From: a virus | Lineage: Duplodnaviria > Caudoviricetes | Strand: one strand, 5' to 3' | Virus record (IMG/VR): IMGVR_UViG_3300028805_000061 | DNA length: 64,000 nt | The notes under the pieces: model-generated | The model's input: only the letters and a program-made list of their open reading frames with translations | Database searches by the model: none | Told to the model about the DNA's origin: nothing | Part shown: positions 53,628-64,000 of the stretch, piece after piece | Numbering within the stretch: the first letter of the stretch is position 1 | Layout: each line of letters opens with the position of its first letter | Position numbers and translations under genes: made by a program

Positions 53628-55344
53628 TATAAGTCCAGAAATATTAACCCTATACTATTTGTCATATATAACAAAAATAGATTTATTAACACTAACATTA
53701 GTGTTTGAAAAATTAGGGACAAGTTTATATTATTTATTCTATATGTTAGCAAAAAGGAAAATAAGTTTTCCTAGTGAAGCTAATTTATTAAAGGCAATAA
53801 AGTTTACAGAGACAGTAGAAGCTTTAGATAATAATTATAATAACATAAACAAAATTCCAGAAAAAGATAAAGAAATATTTGAAGATTTAATAAATCATAT
53901 AGTAGATAAAAGATATATTAGAGTAAAAATAGATACAGTAGTAGGAGAAGGAGTAACTTTACCAGTAGTGAAATCAATAACCACTCCAGGTAAATCAGAA
54001 TTGAATAGTTCAATTAAAAAATATATAAGAAAAGAAAAAAGAAAATTAGATAAAATAGGTCAGATGTATACATTATTTGATAAAAATTCAAATAATAGAA
54101 TGATTTTAATAGACAAAATCTATAAGCAATTTTCAGAAAGAATTCCAGAAAATTATAATGAATCAGATCTAAAACAACTCATAGAAATACTTATAGACGG
54201 ATATAATAATTAAAATGACAGCAAGTAAAAAGAAATCCAAGATAAAAACTAGAAGTATACCTCTTACAAATAGAGAAAGACGGTTACAAAGGGATTTAAA
54301 ATTAAGTCAAGCAATACAAGAAATAATAGATCAAGTAACAGATAATGTTTTAAATATAGAAGAATTATCTGATGAAGCAAAATATTTAGAAATAGTAAAT
54401 AGAGCTAAAACAAATAAATATTTGAATATGTGTTTAACTAGTTCAATGGATAGTTTAATTAAGATACAAGGGATAAATAATTTTATTTTAAATAAAATTT
54501 CTGGTAAGAAAAATATAATAACAACAAAAGAATCTACTAAAACTTTTTTAAAATTAAAAGAATTAGAAAATGAACAAGTAAAACTAATAACAGAACTTTC
54601 CAAAACTCAACAATTTGTTTTGGATGAAAGAGAAAGAGAAATATTAATAATATATAGATCTATTCCAGAAAAATTACAATTATATATGTATGAAACCATA
54701 TTGGAGTTTATAAAACAATGTCCAAAAATTCAAAAAGCAATGCTGAAAACAAAACAAGAACAACTAGAAAAAGAACAAAAGGAAGAAAAGGAAAGAAAAG
54801 AGGTAGAAAAACTAACATAGAGAGAAAAATTAGAGATGCCGAAATTCTTTCCAATAATGAAATGCAACAATTAATAGAAGGAAATTCCTTTGTATTAAAC
54901 CCTTTAATTCAAAATAATTGGTTTGATAAATGTTTTGAATTTGAGAAAAAGAAATTATCAAGTACTGAAAAACTACATGATTTAATATTTGATCCAAGTT
55001 ATTTAAAAGACATGGAAGAAAAGAATGTAATTACACTATTTGGTATGATGTTAAAAGATTCTCAATTCCAGAAATCTTCAAATATTAAAATAGCTGAAAT
55101 AAAAGAAAATGCAAGAATTGTAGCTGGCTTAACTAAAATGAAAGCTGAACAAGTTAAACGTCAAGAAATAGAAAGTCAAGACACAACACATGTAGGTTCA
55201 TTAATAAATACTTTATTAGATGAAAGTTTGAGAATAGCAATGAATGATCAATTAGATTTACAAACTGGAGGTTTAAATACATATAGACCACCAGAAAATA
55301 CAGATTATAATATAGTTACACTTGATGAAAATGCAGATGACTAA
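53545..55344 (+). other. Three hypothetical helical proteins (53545, 54215, 54718)
   Basis: Abutting or overlapping long ORFs; no recognised motifs. Confidence 0.6.
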
Positions 55345-55788
55345 TCAGACAATATACCACTTAGAATAATCATTATTTACTTCTATAGTTTTATACATTA
55401 AGTCTAATTCTTCTAAAGAACTTATATTTAGTTTATTGAATTCTTCTTCAGTTTTTTCATTATATTCTTCAACATAATAATTTATTTTCTTTTCAGAAGC
55501 ATTAGAAATTAAATAACTTAAAGGATCTAATTTCATTATTAATTTTATATAGTGGTAAGCATAATAAGATTTATGTTCCTGGAAACACCATAATTTAATA
55601 GGAGAAACATTAGTATAAAATCTTGCCGAAGGCTTAGAACCAGCTGCTTTACTTTCTCCATGGAAAGGACAATATATGTTTTTTTCTTGAACTTCACCCA
55701 TAAGTTCTTTAATAGAGAAAATATTATTTACAACGTAATACAATTTCTTTGGGTTATTTTTAAGGTCAGACAATAATTGCTTATTCAT
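55345..55788 (-). CDS. Stand-alone primase-type Zn-binding domain (CHC2-like)
   Basis: YCPFHGE...KPSARFY...WCFQEH. Confidence 0.75.
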   Translation of the reverse strand: MNKQLLSDLKNNPKKLYYVVNNIFSIKELMGEVQEKNIYCPFHGESKAAGSKPSARFYTNVSPIKLWCFQEHKSYYAYHYIKLIMKLDPLSYLISNASEKKINYYVEEYNEKTEEEFNKLNISSLEELDLMYKTIEVNNDYSKWYIV

Positions 55789-55885
55789 ATAAATAATTAT
55801 ATGTTTTAGTATTTTAACTCAATTAAAATAGTTGAAAGTATAAATAAGCAAATAATAACAATTATAAAATTTATAAGGAAAGAAA

Positions 55886-58168
55886 ATGACAATAGAATTA
55901 ACAGAAGAACAAGAAGTTGATATACAAGTAGAAACTGATAAACAAATAGAAGAAACTAAAGAATATCAAGATCTAAGAGCTCAAATAGAAGCAGAAGTAA
56001 GAGAGAAGATTAAAGCTGAAGAAGCTGAAAAAAGAAAGAAAAGATCTAAGAGTAAAACCAAACAGCCTAAAATAACACCTTCCTGGGATGATGTTTGGCA
56101 GGAAGCTATATGGACAAGAACCTATGATCATATAGAAAAGGACCCAAATTATGATTCTTATTTAGACCAATTAGAGAAAACAAATCAATTATATGTAGAT
56201 TTTGAAACACATACTCCTTTAGCTGTTAGACCAGTAGAAGTAATGGAGACTATTGCTGAAGAGAAAAATTGGAAAAACTGGAAAGGTGTTCTGAATAATA
56301 TAAGAATTGAAGTTACTGGTTATAATAATAAAGGAGAGAGTGTAAGTAATAAGGGTTACCCTCTTGATCCAAAAAGAGGTAAAATTAGATTGGTTCAATT
56401 AGGTGACAAAAAAGATACATTTATTTTTGATAGATATAAATGTACACCACAACAGTGGGAGAGAATAGGTAAACTATTTAAAAATAAATTTTTTATAGGT
56501 CAAAATATTTTATTTGAATGTAGATATATTTGTGAAGAATGGGAACCCAATTATTTACCTTTTCATTGTTATGATACAATGACTGTAGAAAAATTAATAA
56601 TGTGTTCTAAATTAAGTTTTTTAGGAGCAACTAGATTTGACTTACAGTCTATAGCAGAAAGAAGAGCTGGTATTTATATAGCTAAAGGTTATGGTCATTC
56701 AGACTGGGGAAATCCAGATTTAAGTGAAGAACAATACAAATATGCAGCAGAAGATATTGATATATTAAGACCTATAGTAAAAGCTCAATTGCCAGAACTT
56801 AAAAATATGGGTAATAATTTTGTAAGAATAGAAAGAGATCCAGTAAAGGATTTATCTTTCTTATCACCATTAAGAAAATTACATTTAATAGCTGCAATAG
56901 AATGTGATGTAATTCCTTGTTTTGCTAGAATGATGTGGAAAGGTATTCCAGTAAATACAGCAGTATTAGAAAAAGAAATAGCAGAAAGAGCAACTAAAGT
57001 AGAAGAATACAATAATAAATGGGGATTTAATTTAAAAAGTCCAAAACAGACTTTACCAGTATTAATAAATGACTATCACTTAAATATATCAGCTACCAAT
57101 GCTGATGAATTAGCACCTTATTATGAAACTAATGAGTTGGTTAAAGATATTATTGATTCTAATTCAATAGCTACAATAAAGGGTTTAATAGAAGGGTTTT
57201 TAGCTGCTTCACAAGAATATGGAGATGATAGAGTTCATCCAAAATTTACAGTATATCAAGCTTATTCAGGAAGAACTGCTTGTAAAGACCCAAATGTTCA
57301 ACAAATACCTAGAAAAATAAAACCAGTATGGATGATGCCCCCAGAAGGTAAAACTATTATTAATTTAGACTATCCAGCTATAGAGATGAGGATAATGGCT
57401 GCTTATTGTAAAGAAAGAAAAATGTTAGATGCATTTTTACATGGTAAAGATCTCCACAAGATAACAGCTGCTGCAGTAAATAAAATCCCTATAGAAGAAG
57501 TTACTAAAGATCAACGAAAGAAAGCTAAGGCCTGCAACTTTGGATTTTTGTACGGTTGCTCATCTAAGAGGTTTAAACAAACAGCCATGACTAAATATAA
57601 TATTGATTATAGTATTGAAGAAGCTACTCAAATTCGTGAAGCTTTCTTTAAAGGATATCCTGATTTAGATAGACACGTAAGAAGAATGTTTAAATTATTT
57701 CCTTATGGTAGAAAAGATATAAGATATTTAGTTAAAACTTTCTTAGGTAGAAAAATGATGGTAGATGGTTCTGGTAACGCATTGAATTTTCCTATTCAAG
57801 GATCAGGAGCTGATGCTGCAAAATTAGCAATAATAATGCTTTATAGAACTATTAGAACTTATAAAGATGGTAAATATTCTAAGGGTCAAATAGAGCCAAT
57901 AAGTTTCATACATGATGAAATTTTTCTTGAATCTAATATTGAATGTATGAAATTTGCTACTAGAATACTTAAAAAATCACTAGAATCAGCTATGAATTAT
58001 ATAATGATAGACTTTTTTCCAGTAACAGTAGAACCTGAATTAAGTGATTTTAAAGGTGAAAGTTGGAAAAAGAAATATACTGAAGAAGATATACAACAAT
58101 TTATAGAAGAGTTAGGATCTAGTTCTTATACTATTAAAGGTAAAGTTAATTCTATTAAGCCAGAATAG
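55886..58168 (+). CDS. polA: Family A DNA polymerase with 3'-5' exonuclease
   Basis: VDFET, YDTM, YAAED; SGRTAC..PNVQQIP, DYPAIEMR, RKKAKACNFGFLYG, NFPIQGSGAD and IHDE. Confidence 0.95.
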   Translation: MTIELTEEQEVDIQVETDKQIEETKEYQDLRAQIEAEVREKIKAEEAEKRKKRSKSKTKQPKITPSWDDVWQEAIWTRTYDHIEKDPNYDSYLDQLEKTNQLYVDFETHTPLAVRPVEVMETIAEEKNWKNWKGVLNNIRIEVTGYNNKGESVSNKGYPLDPKRGKIRLVQLGDKKDTFIFDRYKCTPQQWERIGKLFKNKFFIGQNILFECRYICEEWEPNYLPFHCYDTMTVEKLIMCSKLSFLGATRFDLQSIAERRAGIYIAKGYGHSDWGNPDLSEEQYKYAAEDIDILRPIVKAQLPELKNMGNNFVRIERDPVKDLSFLSPLRKLHLIAAIECDVIPCFARMMWKGIPVNTAVLEKEIAERATKVEEYNNKWGFNLKSPKQTLPVLINDYHLNISATNADELAPYYETNELVKDIIDSNSIATIKGLIEGFLAASQEYGDDRVHPKFTVYQAYSGRTACKDPNVQQIPRKIKPVWMMPPEGKTIINLDYPAIEMRIMAAYCKERKMLDAFLHGKDLHKITAAAVNKIPIEEVTKDQRKKAKACNFGFLYGCSSKRFKQTAMTKYNIDYSIEEATQIREAFFKGYPDLDRHVRRMFKLFPYGRKDIRYLVKTFLGRKMMVDGSGNALNFPIQGSGADAAKLAIIMLYRTIRTYKDGKYSKGQIEPISFIHDEIFLESNIECMKFATRILKKSLESAMNYIMIDFFPVTVEPELSDFKGESWKKKYTEEDIQQFIEELGSSSYTIKGKVNSIKPE

Positions 58169-58231
58169 GCTTTAATTAAAGACCAGGTAGCATGATGACA
58201 TATTTATTTTTAATAAAAGGAGAAGATAAAT

Positions 58232-59188
58232 ATGCCTGCAAAAAGATTTGATGAAAATGGTAATAGAATTATAGGTATAGCTAAAGCTCGAAACCAGAGA
58301 AGAAAAGAGAATTGGACAAAAGAACAATTAGAAGAAAAAGCTAGAAAAAGACAGGAAGGTAGAAGAGCAAAAAGAGCCAGGAGTTTTGAACCTCTTACTA
58401 AAGAGGAATTAGAATTAATTAAATCAGGTATAGCTGATAAGTCTTTGAAAATAAGATATGCTTGGCAATTAAACAGAGAAAAGTATTGTGAAGCTATTAG
58501 AAAAACCCGAAGTACTAAAGAATCACGAGAATTAACTAGTAAAATTTCTAGTGAAATGATGTCTTCTGAAGAACTTAGAAAAAATATATCTGAAAAAGAA
58601 ATAGCTTATTGTGAAAATCCAGAAGTAAGGGAAAGACTTAGAGAAAATAGTAAAAAGATTTTTGAAAATAAAGATCATAGAAAATGGATTAGTGAACTTT
58701 CTAAAAAACTCTGGGAAAATCCCGAAATAGCTGAAAAACGGTATAATACAATGAAAAAGAATAACTCTTTTACTAAATCTCAAGATGAAGAATATATTGC
58801 TGAATTATTATATAAGAAATTTGGTAAAAGAAATGTAATTAGGCAATATTGTGATCCTAGATATATTAATCCTTATAATAGTAGATTATTCCATTGCGAT
58901 TTCTATATTAAATCTTTAGACTTATTTATAGAATATCAAGGGACTTGGACTCATGGTAAAGAACCCTTTAATGCTAGAAAGAAAGCCCATAGAGAAATAG
59001 TAAGTTTATGGGAAAAGAAAGCTAAAGAAATAAATTTTAAGGGAGAGTTCAAAGAACAATTTTTAAGGGCTAAACAAATATGGACCTATCGCGACCCACT
59101 CAAAAGAGAAATAGCAAAACAGAATAATCTTAATTGGAAAGAATTCTTTACAGTTAGAGATTTAAAAGAATGGTTGAAATCTATTTAG
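58232..59188 (+). mobile_element. Free-standing homing-type endonuclease (basic helical repeats plus PD-(D/E)xK/Vsr-like domain)
   Basis: Repeated R..IS...K..W motifs; CDFYI...LFIEYQGTWTHG; RDPLKR; sits immediately after polA. Confidence 0.65.
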
Positions 59189-59225
59189 CAATCCCTATAA
59201 TAAATTATACTAAAGGGAGAATATA

Positions 59226-60380
59226 ATGACTCATCCAGGTATATTGAAATTAAATGAATTTTTTAATAATAAACTATCTAAGAATACAGATAATATTAAA
59301 TTTTCCTTAAACTATAAAGCTAATTTTGCAAATAAATCTTTATTTGATTTATTAAGAGAAATTTTATTTGAAGTGGGCTATAAAGATATTAATGGGCAAA
59401 TAGATACAATATTTTGTCTAGTAGATGCATTACAACATAATTATCTTATAGAAGATAGAATTAAAGAAATTAATAAAAATAATAAATTAAAATCATCTGC
59501 AGAGGCAATTATAAGAGCTTTTAAGGAACTTATAAAATTAGGCAAAATAAGTTTTGATAGTAGAATTAGAAGAGATATAATGATGTGCATATATCTTGAC
59601 TCTAATAATGTAAATTTTAAAACATCTCCTTTAAAAAATAATCAACAAAAAATAATATATGATAAATTTATTAATGTGTTAATTAAAAATAGATTAATTA
59701 TATTAAGAAGTGGTGTTGTTAAAATAGATACTGCTGATTTATATCAACAAATTTATGAAAATGCTAAGTCAGTAATTACAAATATGAATTCCAGAGGAAT
59801 GAGTACTTTTGCTATTGCTTGTTATTTTTGGATGAATAATAGAGATTATACACCAAAACCATTTTTATTAAGCTGGACTAACTTGGACTTTATAAATGCT
59901 TTAAAAAGAAACCCTTTATTTGAAACACAAGCTAGTGAAAAAATCAAAAATATATTGGACACCCCTAGAACATACTGGACAGTATTAAGCGAAGTTTCTT
60001 TAATGACTGGTAATGTAGCAAATATTAATCCAGAAAGAAAAGAGATGAATAGGTTAATAAACCAGGTTTTAAATAATGAGGGTGAAAAGTATATTAAAGA
60101 ATATTTAAAAAGCTTAAAGTTAATTCAATCAAGCAATGAGATTATAGAAGAATTTGATGGAGAAGTCACTAATACAAATGGTTTATTTAAAAATATAGAA
60201 AATGCTATAAAGAGAAATCTAATAGATAAAACCACTACCATTCCTTCAAAAGAATTAATCATTGAAGCTATTAAATATCAATTTATGATTTCTAGAGTAA
60301 TTGATATAGATTTTAGTTCTAAAAGAAAAGATCATTTAATTCTTGATAAAGGAACAAGACAAAGGATTTTTGAAATATGA
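59226..60380 (+). CDS. Hypothetical protein
   Basis: 384-aa ORF with gggag RBS. Confidence 0.65.
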   Translation: MTHPGILKLNEFFNNKLSKNTDNIKFSLNYKANFANKSLFDLLREILFEVGYKDINGQIDTIFCLVDALQHNYLIEDRIKEINKNNKLKSSAEAIIRAFKELIKLGKISFDSRIRRDIMMCIYLDSNNVNFKTSPLKNNQQKIIYDKFINVLIKNRLIILRSGVVKIDTADLYQQIYENAKSVITNMNSRGMSTFAIACYFWMNNRDYTPKPFLLSWTNLDFINALKRNPLFETQASEKIKNILDTPRTYWTVLSEVSLMTGNVANINPERKEMNRLINQVLNNEGEKYIKEYLKSLKLIQSSNEIIEEFDGEVTNTNGLFKNIENAIKRNLIDKTTTIPSKELIIEAIKYQFMISRVIDIDFSSKRKDHLILDKGTRQRIFEI

Positions 60381-60705
60381 ACATAGCTAAAGAAATAGCT
60401 AAATTAGAGAGAAAACAACAATTACAAAATACTATTAAAAAGGCTTATAATATTATAAAAAGTTTATTATGCCAACATAAAGAATGTTATAGTGAAATAG
60501 TTAATGTTGAGTTAGGAAATTGTTCCTCTTCTATACTAGAAGAAATTTTAGGAAAAGAAGAGTCTATAAAAAAACATAAAATGAAAATTAGAATTATTCG
60601 TTGTGCTAATTGTGGAAGAGAAATAGAGCGAACTTATATTGAAGATGATATTCCTTATGATCAAGAAAAACAAGAAAATATAAAAGTTGATTCATAATTT
60701 ATTAT

Positions 60706-61089
60706 ATGAACAATGAGAATGAAGAAATAAAATGTTGTGAAGTACTTGATCTTTCTAAGATTAAGAAAAAATGTAAAGAAGTTATAAAACATTGTGAAAT
60801 TTGTGAAGGAGTTATTATAGATCATGATAATGTTCCTGAGCAATACATTGTAGACTACAATGATAGACAAATATATTCTGCTTTAATTAAATGTGTTAAA
60901 TGTGGAGCTAATGTTTGTGAAAATTGTTGTATTACATTAGATGATACATGGGAAAAGATTTATGTGTGCAATAATTGTTATAACAAGTATAAAAAGAAAA
61001 TAGATAAAATACTAAAGCTTCAAAATAAAGCTGAAGTATTGGCAGAAGAGATAGCAGATGAAATCGAGGAATTTTTAGATGGCAAATAA
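60706..61089 (+). CDS. Cys-rich Zn-finger protein
   Basis: Four CxxC pairs. Confidence 0.65.
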   Translation: MNNENEEIKCCEVLDLSKIKKKCKEVIKHCEICEGVIIDHDNVPEQYIVDYNDRQIYSALIKCVKCGANVCENCCITLDDTWEKIYVCNNCYNKYKKKIDKILKLQNKAEVLAEEIADEIEEFLDGK

Positions 61090-61579
61090 GAAAATAGCTC
61101 AATTTGATATTTCTAGAAAAAAAGTAGATGACCCATTAACACTAACTTTTAGTCAAGACTTAAAGAGACTTGATTCTTTTGGAATTGGAATGACCACTCC
61201 AATGTTATGTGAATTATTATGTGTATCAAAATCAGCTGTTGAGAGATGGATAAGAGAAAAATTGATATTTCCTACTATATTAACTACTAAAGAAGGAATT
61301 AAACGTAGAAAGTTTCGCTATAAAGATATTTTAAGAGGATTCACTTTAAAATGTTTAATGAGTGAATTAGGTTTTAGAAAATTTATTGGGGTAAGGCTTT
61401 TATTAGAAATGACTAATCAAGCTATTACTTCTAAAGATGAGCCAGCAAGTACTATAAATAATGAGAGAATAGATAAATATTTAATGAAAGTACTAAATTA
61501 TAGTGTAGAAGATATAGCTTTAATGAGAATGAATAATAATAACAAAAAGAAAGTTAATAAAGATGACAGCATTGAGTAA
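61079..61579 (+). CDS. MerR-type HTH protein
   Basis: LCELLCVSKSAVERWIREKLIFP...RRKFRYKDI. Confidence 0.7.
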   Translation: MANKKIAQFDISRKKVDDPLTLTFSQDLKRLDSFGIGMTTPMLCELLCVSKSAVERWIREKLIFPTILTTKEGIKRRKFRYKDILRGFTLKCLMSELGFRKFIGVRLLLEMTNQAITSKDEPASTINNERIDKYLMKVLNYSVEDIALMRMNNNNKKKVNKDDSIE

Positions 61580-63064
61580 TTTAGTATCAAAATTAGATTG
61601 TCCACAGCCTGAATTAGAAAAACTATTTACTAGAGAATATTGTTATGTATTATTAAAAAAGATAGATGACAAGGTATTAAATGCTGTAAAAACATTAGTA
61701 GATAATTATGTTAGAAATGAGTTAAAAGAAAATATTATAAATTATAGAATTTATTCTTATAAAACTTTAGAAGGAATTACTGCTGAAATACTTATTCAAC
61801 CAGAAAATTCCAGTATTATTATTCAATATTTGTTAAATATTTCAGAGAAAAATACTAAACTGGTAAGGATCAGATGAAATGAGTTTACATGCTTTAGATA
61901 GAATATTTCAAAGATATAATCAAAGTTTTAGTTGGACTGATGTAAGAAATATTATAAAAGCTATTAAAAAAGAAAGATGTTATTTTGTTGATGCTGCTAA
62001 TAATGATTGTATAGTTGTTTTAGTGAATTATGAACATATACCATTAAAATTAGTTTATTCCTCTACTAAAGATCATAAAGGAGCTATTGTAACAGCTTTA
62101 CCATTAGATATTGATGAATGGAATTCTAATTTAAGTCAAATTCCATTAGTAAAAAGAGAACAAAAGAAAAAGAAAAGCAAAAAGAAAAAAGGAGATATTA
62201 TGGAATCAAAAGAAACACTTGATAATTTTTTAAATGAGGCTGGAATACCTACACAGGATACATTCCAGGGGTTATTAATGCATATTGAATCAAATGGTTA
62301 TAGTGAAGAAAGACTTGAAACAGCTTATAAAGACTGGGAACTTTATTATGAAAACCCTTCAGCAACAAACTTTAATAGTATAGTATGTCATTTGATTTGT
62401 AAAGCAGATTGTGAAAACTTATATAGATTGGCTAAAGGTTTTCCAGAACATGTAAGAGTATTTATTGAAATGCAATTAGTAGGAAATGCTTCACAGGAAA
62501 AATTGAATGAAGTTGGATTAGGTGAAAATAATGAGTAAAAAAGAAGAACTAAATAAACAAGAAATAATTAAATGGGAAGATGTCAAAAGAGAGAGTTCTG
62601 GTGATTCTCTATATGATTTAAGTTGGCTTGATAATAAAAAAGGAACAAGTTTAGCTAAATTAGAAGGAGAAAATAAATTAACAATAAGAGAAAAATTTCT
62701 TGAAGACTTAAATAAACAATTAACAGAAGGAAGAAATATTAATGAATATAGAGAATTAAAAACTTTTTTAGTTGAACAATCAAGCTATATTAGAAATAAA
62801 ACTAATTTAGATAACTCTGATTTACAAAAATATATTGATAAACTTGATGATTTAATATTTAAAACTAATACAGAGAGATACGAAGAAGCTAAGAAGTTGT
62901 TATCAGATGAAGAACAATTTAAACAGCTTGAAGAATTACAACAAGAATATCATAAAACTGTTCAATCTTTAGCATTAGAAACAGTAGTACAAAAACAAAA
63001 TAGACTTACAACTGCAAAAGTAAGTTTATTAGAAATATTAAGAGGAGAAAAGTAAGAGGTAAAA

Positions 63065-63736
63065 ATGTCACATATAGAAAAGAATTTAATTTCAAATAAA
63101 TCAGCTTGTTATATTTTTGATATTGATGGTTGTATGGCTGATGTAAATCATTTAATATTAACTCATAAAGAAGCTTATGAAGCTAATATGAATAAGTATA
63201 AGTTAGCTGAAGAAAAATATCAAAGAGATTATAAAGCTTATGAGTATGAACTTAATCAATTTAACAAAGGTTTTATAAAGGATAAACCTATTGAACCAAC
63301 AAAACCAGATGCTCCATTAAAATATGAAGCAGCTAAAAAAGATAAGATAGATTATAAGTATTTTTATAATAATTTATCTGAAGCAACTCCTATAGAGGGG
63401 GTTATTGACTTATTTATTGCATTAGCATTAACTAAGAAAGTAATAATTCTTACTGGAAGAAATGAAAATAGTCGAAGTGATACTTTAGAATGGCTTAAAA
63501 AAGTAATTGAAGATAAATATAATTCTGATATGTATAGAAGAATTAATTTTCAAATGATATTTAAACCAGAAAAGGATAATAATTCTACAGAAAAATTTAA
63601 AAAGGAAAAAATTCTTGAATTAGCTAAACAGTATAATATTCAACTTATTATAGATGATTGTCCAGCTAATATAGAAGAGTTTACTAAACTAGGTTTTCTT
63701 GTATTATCACCCAATAAAGAGTATAGAGAATTATAA
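63065..63736 (+). CDS. HAD phosphatase (PNKP 3'-phosphatase-like)
   Basis: IFDIDG, ILTGR, K and IIDD motifs. Confidence 0.85.
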   Translation: MSHIEKNLISNKSACYIFDIDGCMADVNHLILTHKEAYEANMNKYKLAEEKYQRDYKAYEYELNQFNKGFIKDKPIEPTKPDAPLKYEAAKKDKIDYKYFYNNLSEATPIEGVIDLFIALALTKKVIILTGRNENSRSDTLEWLKKVIEDKYNSDMYRRINFQMIFKPEKDNNSTEKFKKEKILELAKQYNIQLIIDDCPANIEEFTKLGFLVLSPNKEYREL

Positions 63737-64000
63737 TGAGTAAAAAGAAGAAAAAAACTTTATATGAAGAATTGGAAATCTCTCCTTTAAGTAATAAAGC
63801 CCAAATAAAGAAAGCTTATAAGAAAAAAGTAAGAAAAGTTCATCCAGATAAAGGAGGAGATCCAGAAGAATTTAAAAGAGTAGTGACAGCATATTTAATT
63901 TTGTCTGATAATGAAAGTAGATATAAATATGATTCAACTGGTGAAGAAGAAAAGCCAACAGATAGAAAGCCTATTGATATTGATAAACAAGCAGAAAGTT
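63736..64000 (+). CDS. DnaJ J-domain protein, 3'-truncated (not in ORF track)
   Basis: MSKKKKKTLYEELEI...IKKAYKKKVRKVHPDKGGDPEEFK...AYLILSD...YD, with HPD motif. Confidence 0.92.
   Translation, partial: MSKKKKKTLYEELEISPLSNKAQIKKAYKKKVRKVHPDKGGDPEEFKRVVTAYLILSDNESRYKYDSTGEEEKPTDRKPIDIDKQAES

Noticed and set aside
7265-60870. Short antisense ORFs from the track (e.g. 7265, 7664, 8253, 12290, 29946, 32777, 39558, 49038, 54331, 56785, 58532, 60661)
   Set aside because: They are shadows of well-supported genes on the opposite strand, with no RBS or motifs.
1-64000. Stop-codon recoding (alternative genetic code)
   Set aside because: Conserved genes are intact in code 11 and TAA, TAG and TGA all terminate genes; the one internal TGA (helicase) is explained by a 4-bp duplication.
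1-64000. Integrated prophage or host chromosome
   Set aside because: No integrase, att site or host housekeeping operons; gene content and density are phage-like throughout.

Overview
A 64-kb, very AT-rich segment of a large, apparently lytic tailed dsDNA phage; no integrase, capsid or portal gene lies in the window and the standard genetic code fits. Left to right: (1) a fibre-like protein running in from the left edge, an HNH gene, a GT2 glycosyltransferase, a Hint-domain protein and terminase large subunit; (2) an AT-rich gap, then about 20 kb of small early/accessory genes (7.4-28 kb) including a dNMP kinase, an all-alpha dNTP pyrophosphatase, a dCMP-type thymidylate-synthase homologue, a glycyl-radical cofactor and a cassette of genes sharing an N-terminal leader; (3) a replication/recombination block with flap exonuclease, SNF2-like helicase, a phased palindrome array (probable origin), DnaB, a minimal second PolA, sigma-like factor, SSB, RuvC-like resolvase, RecA, split SbcC, SbcD, ThyX, dCMP deaminase and a TOPRIM primase domain; (4) an embedded fibre/RCC1-propeller cassette; (5) a second sigma-like factor, a stand-alone primase Zn finger, full PolA, a homing-type endonuclease, a HAD phosphatase and a J-domain protein. 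The strongest candidates for undescribed biology are a shuffled cassette of unrelated cargo proteins behind a common 'LxERLDKH...[IL]xE' leader (T4 internal-protein-like, one cargo a half-ferritin), a probable cytosine-modification pathway, a non-splicing C-terminal Hint protein, a 29-bp RNA duplex bracketing the first early gene, and the 32-bp-phased palindrome array. All protein calls come from motif reading by eye; no database searches were run.
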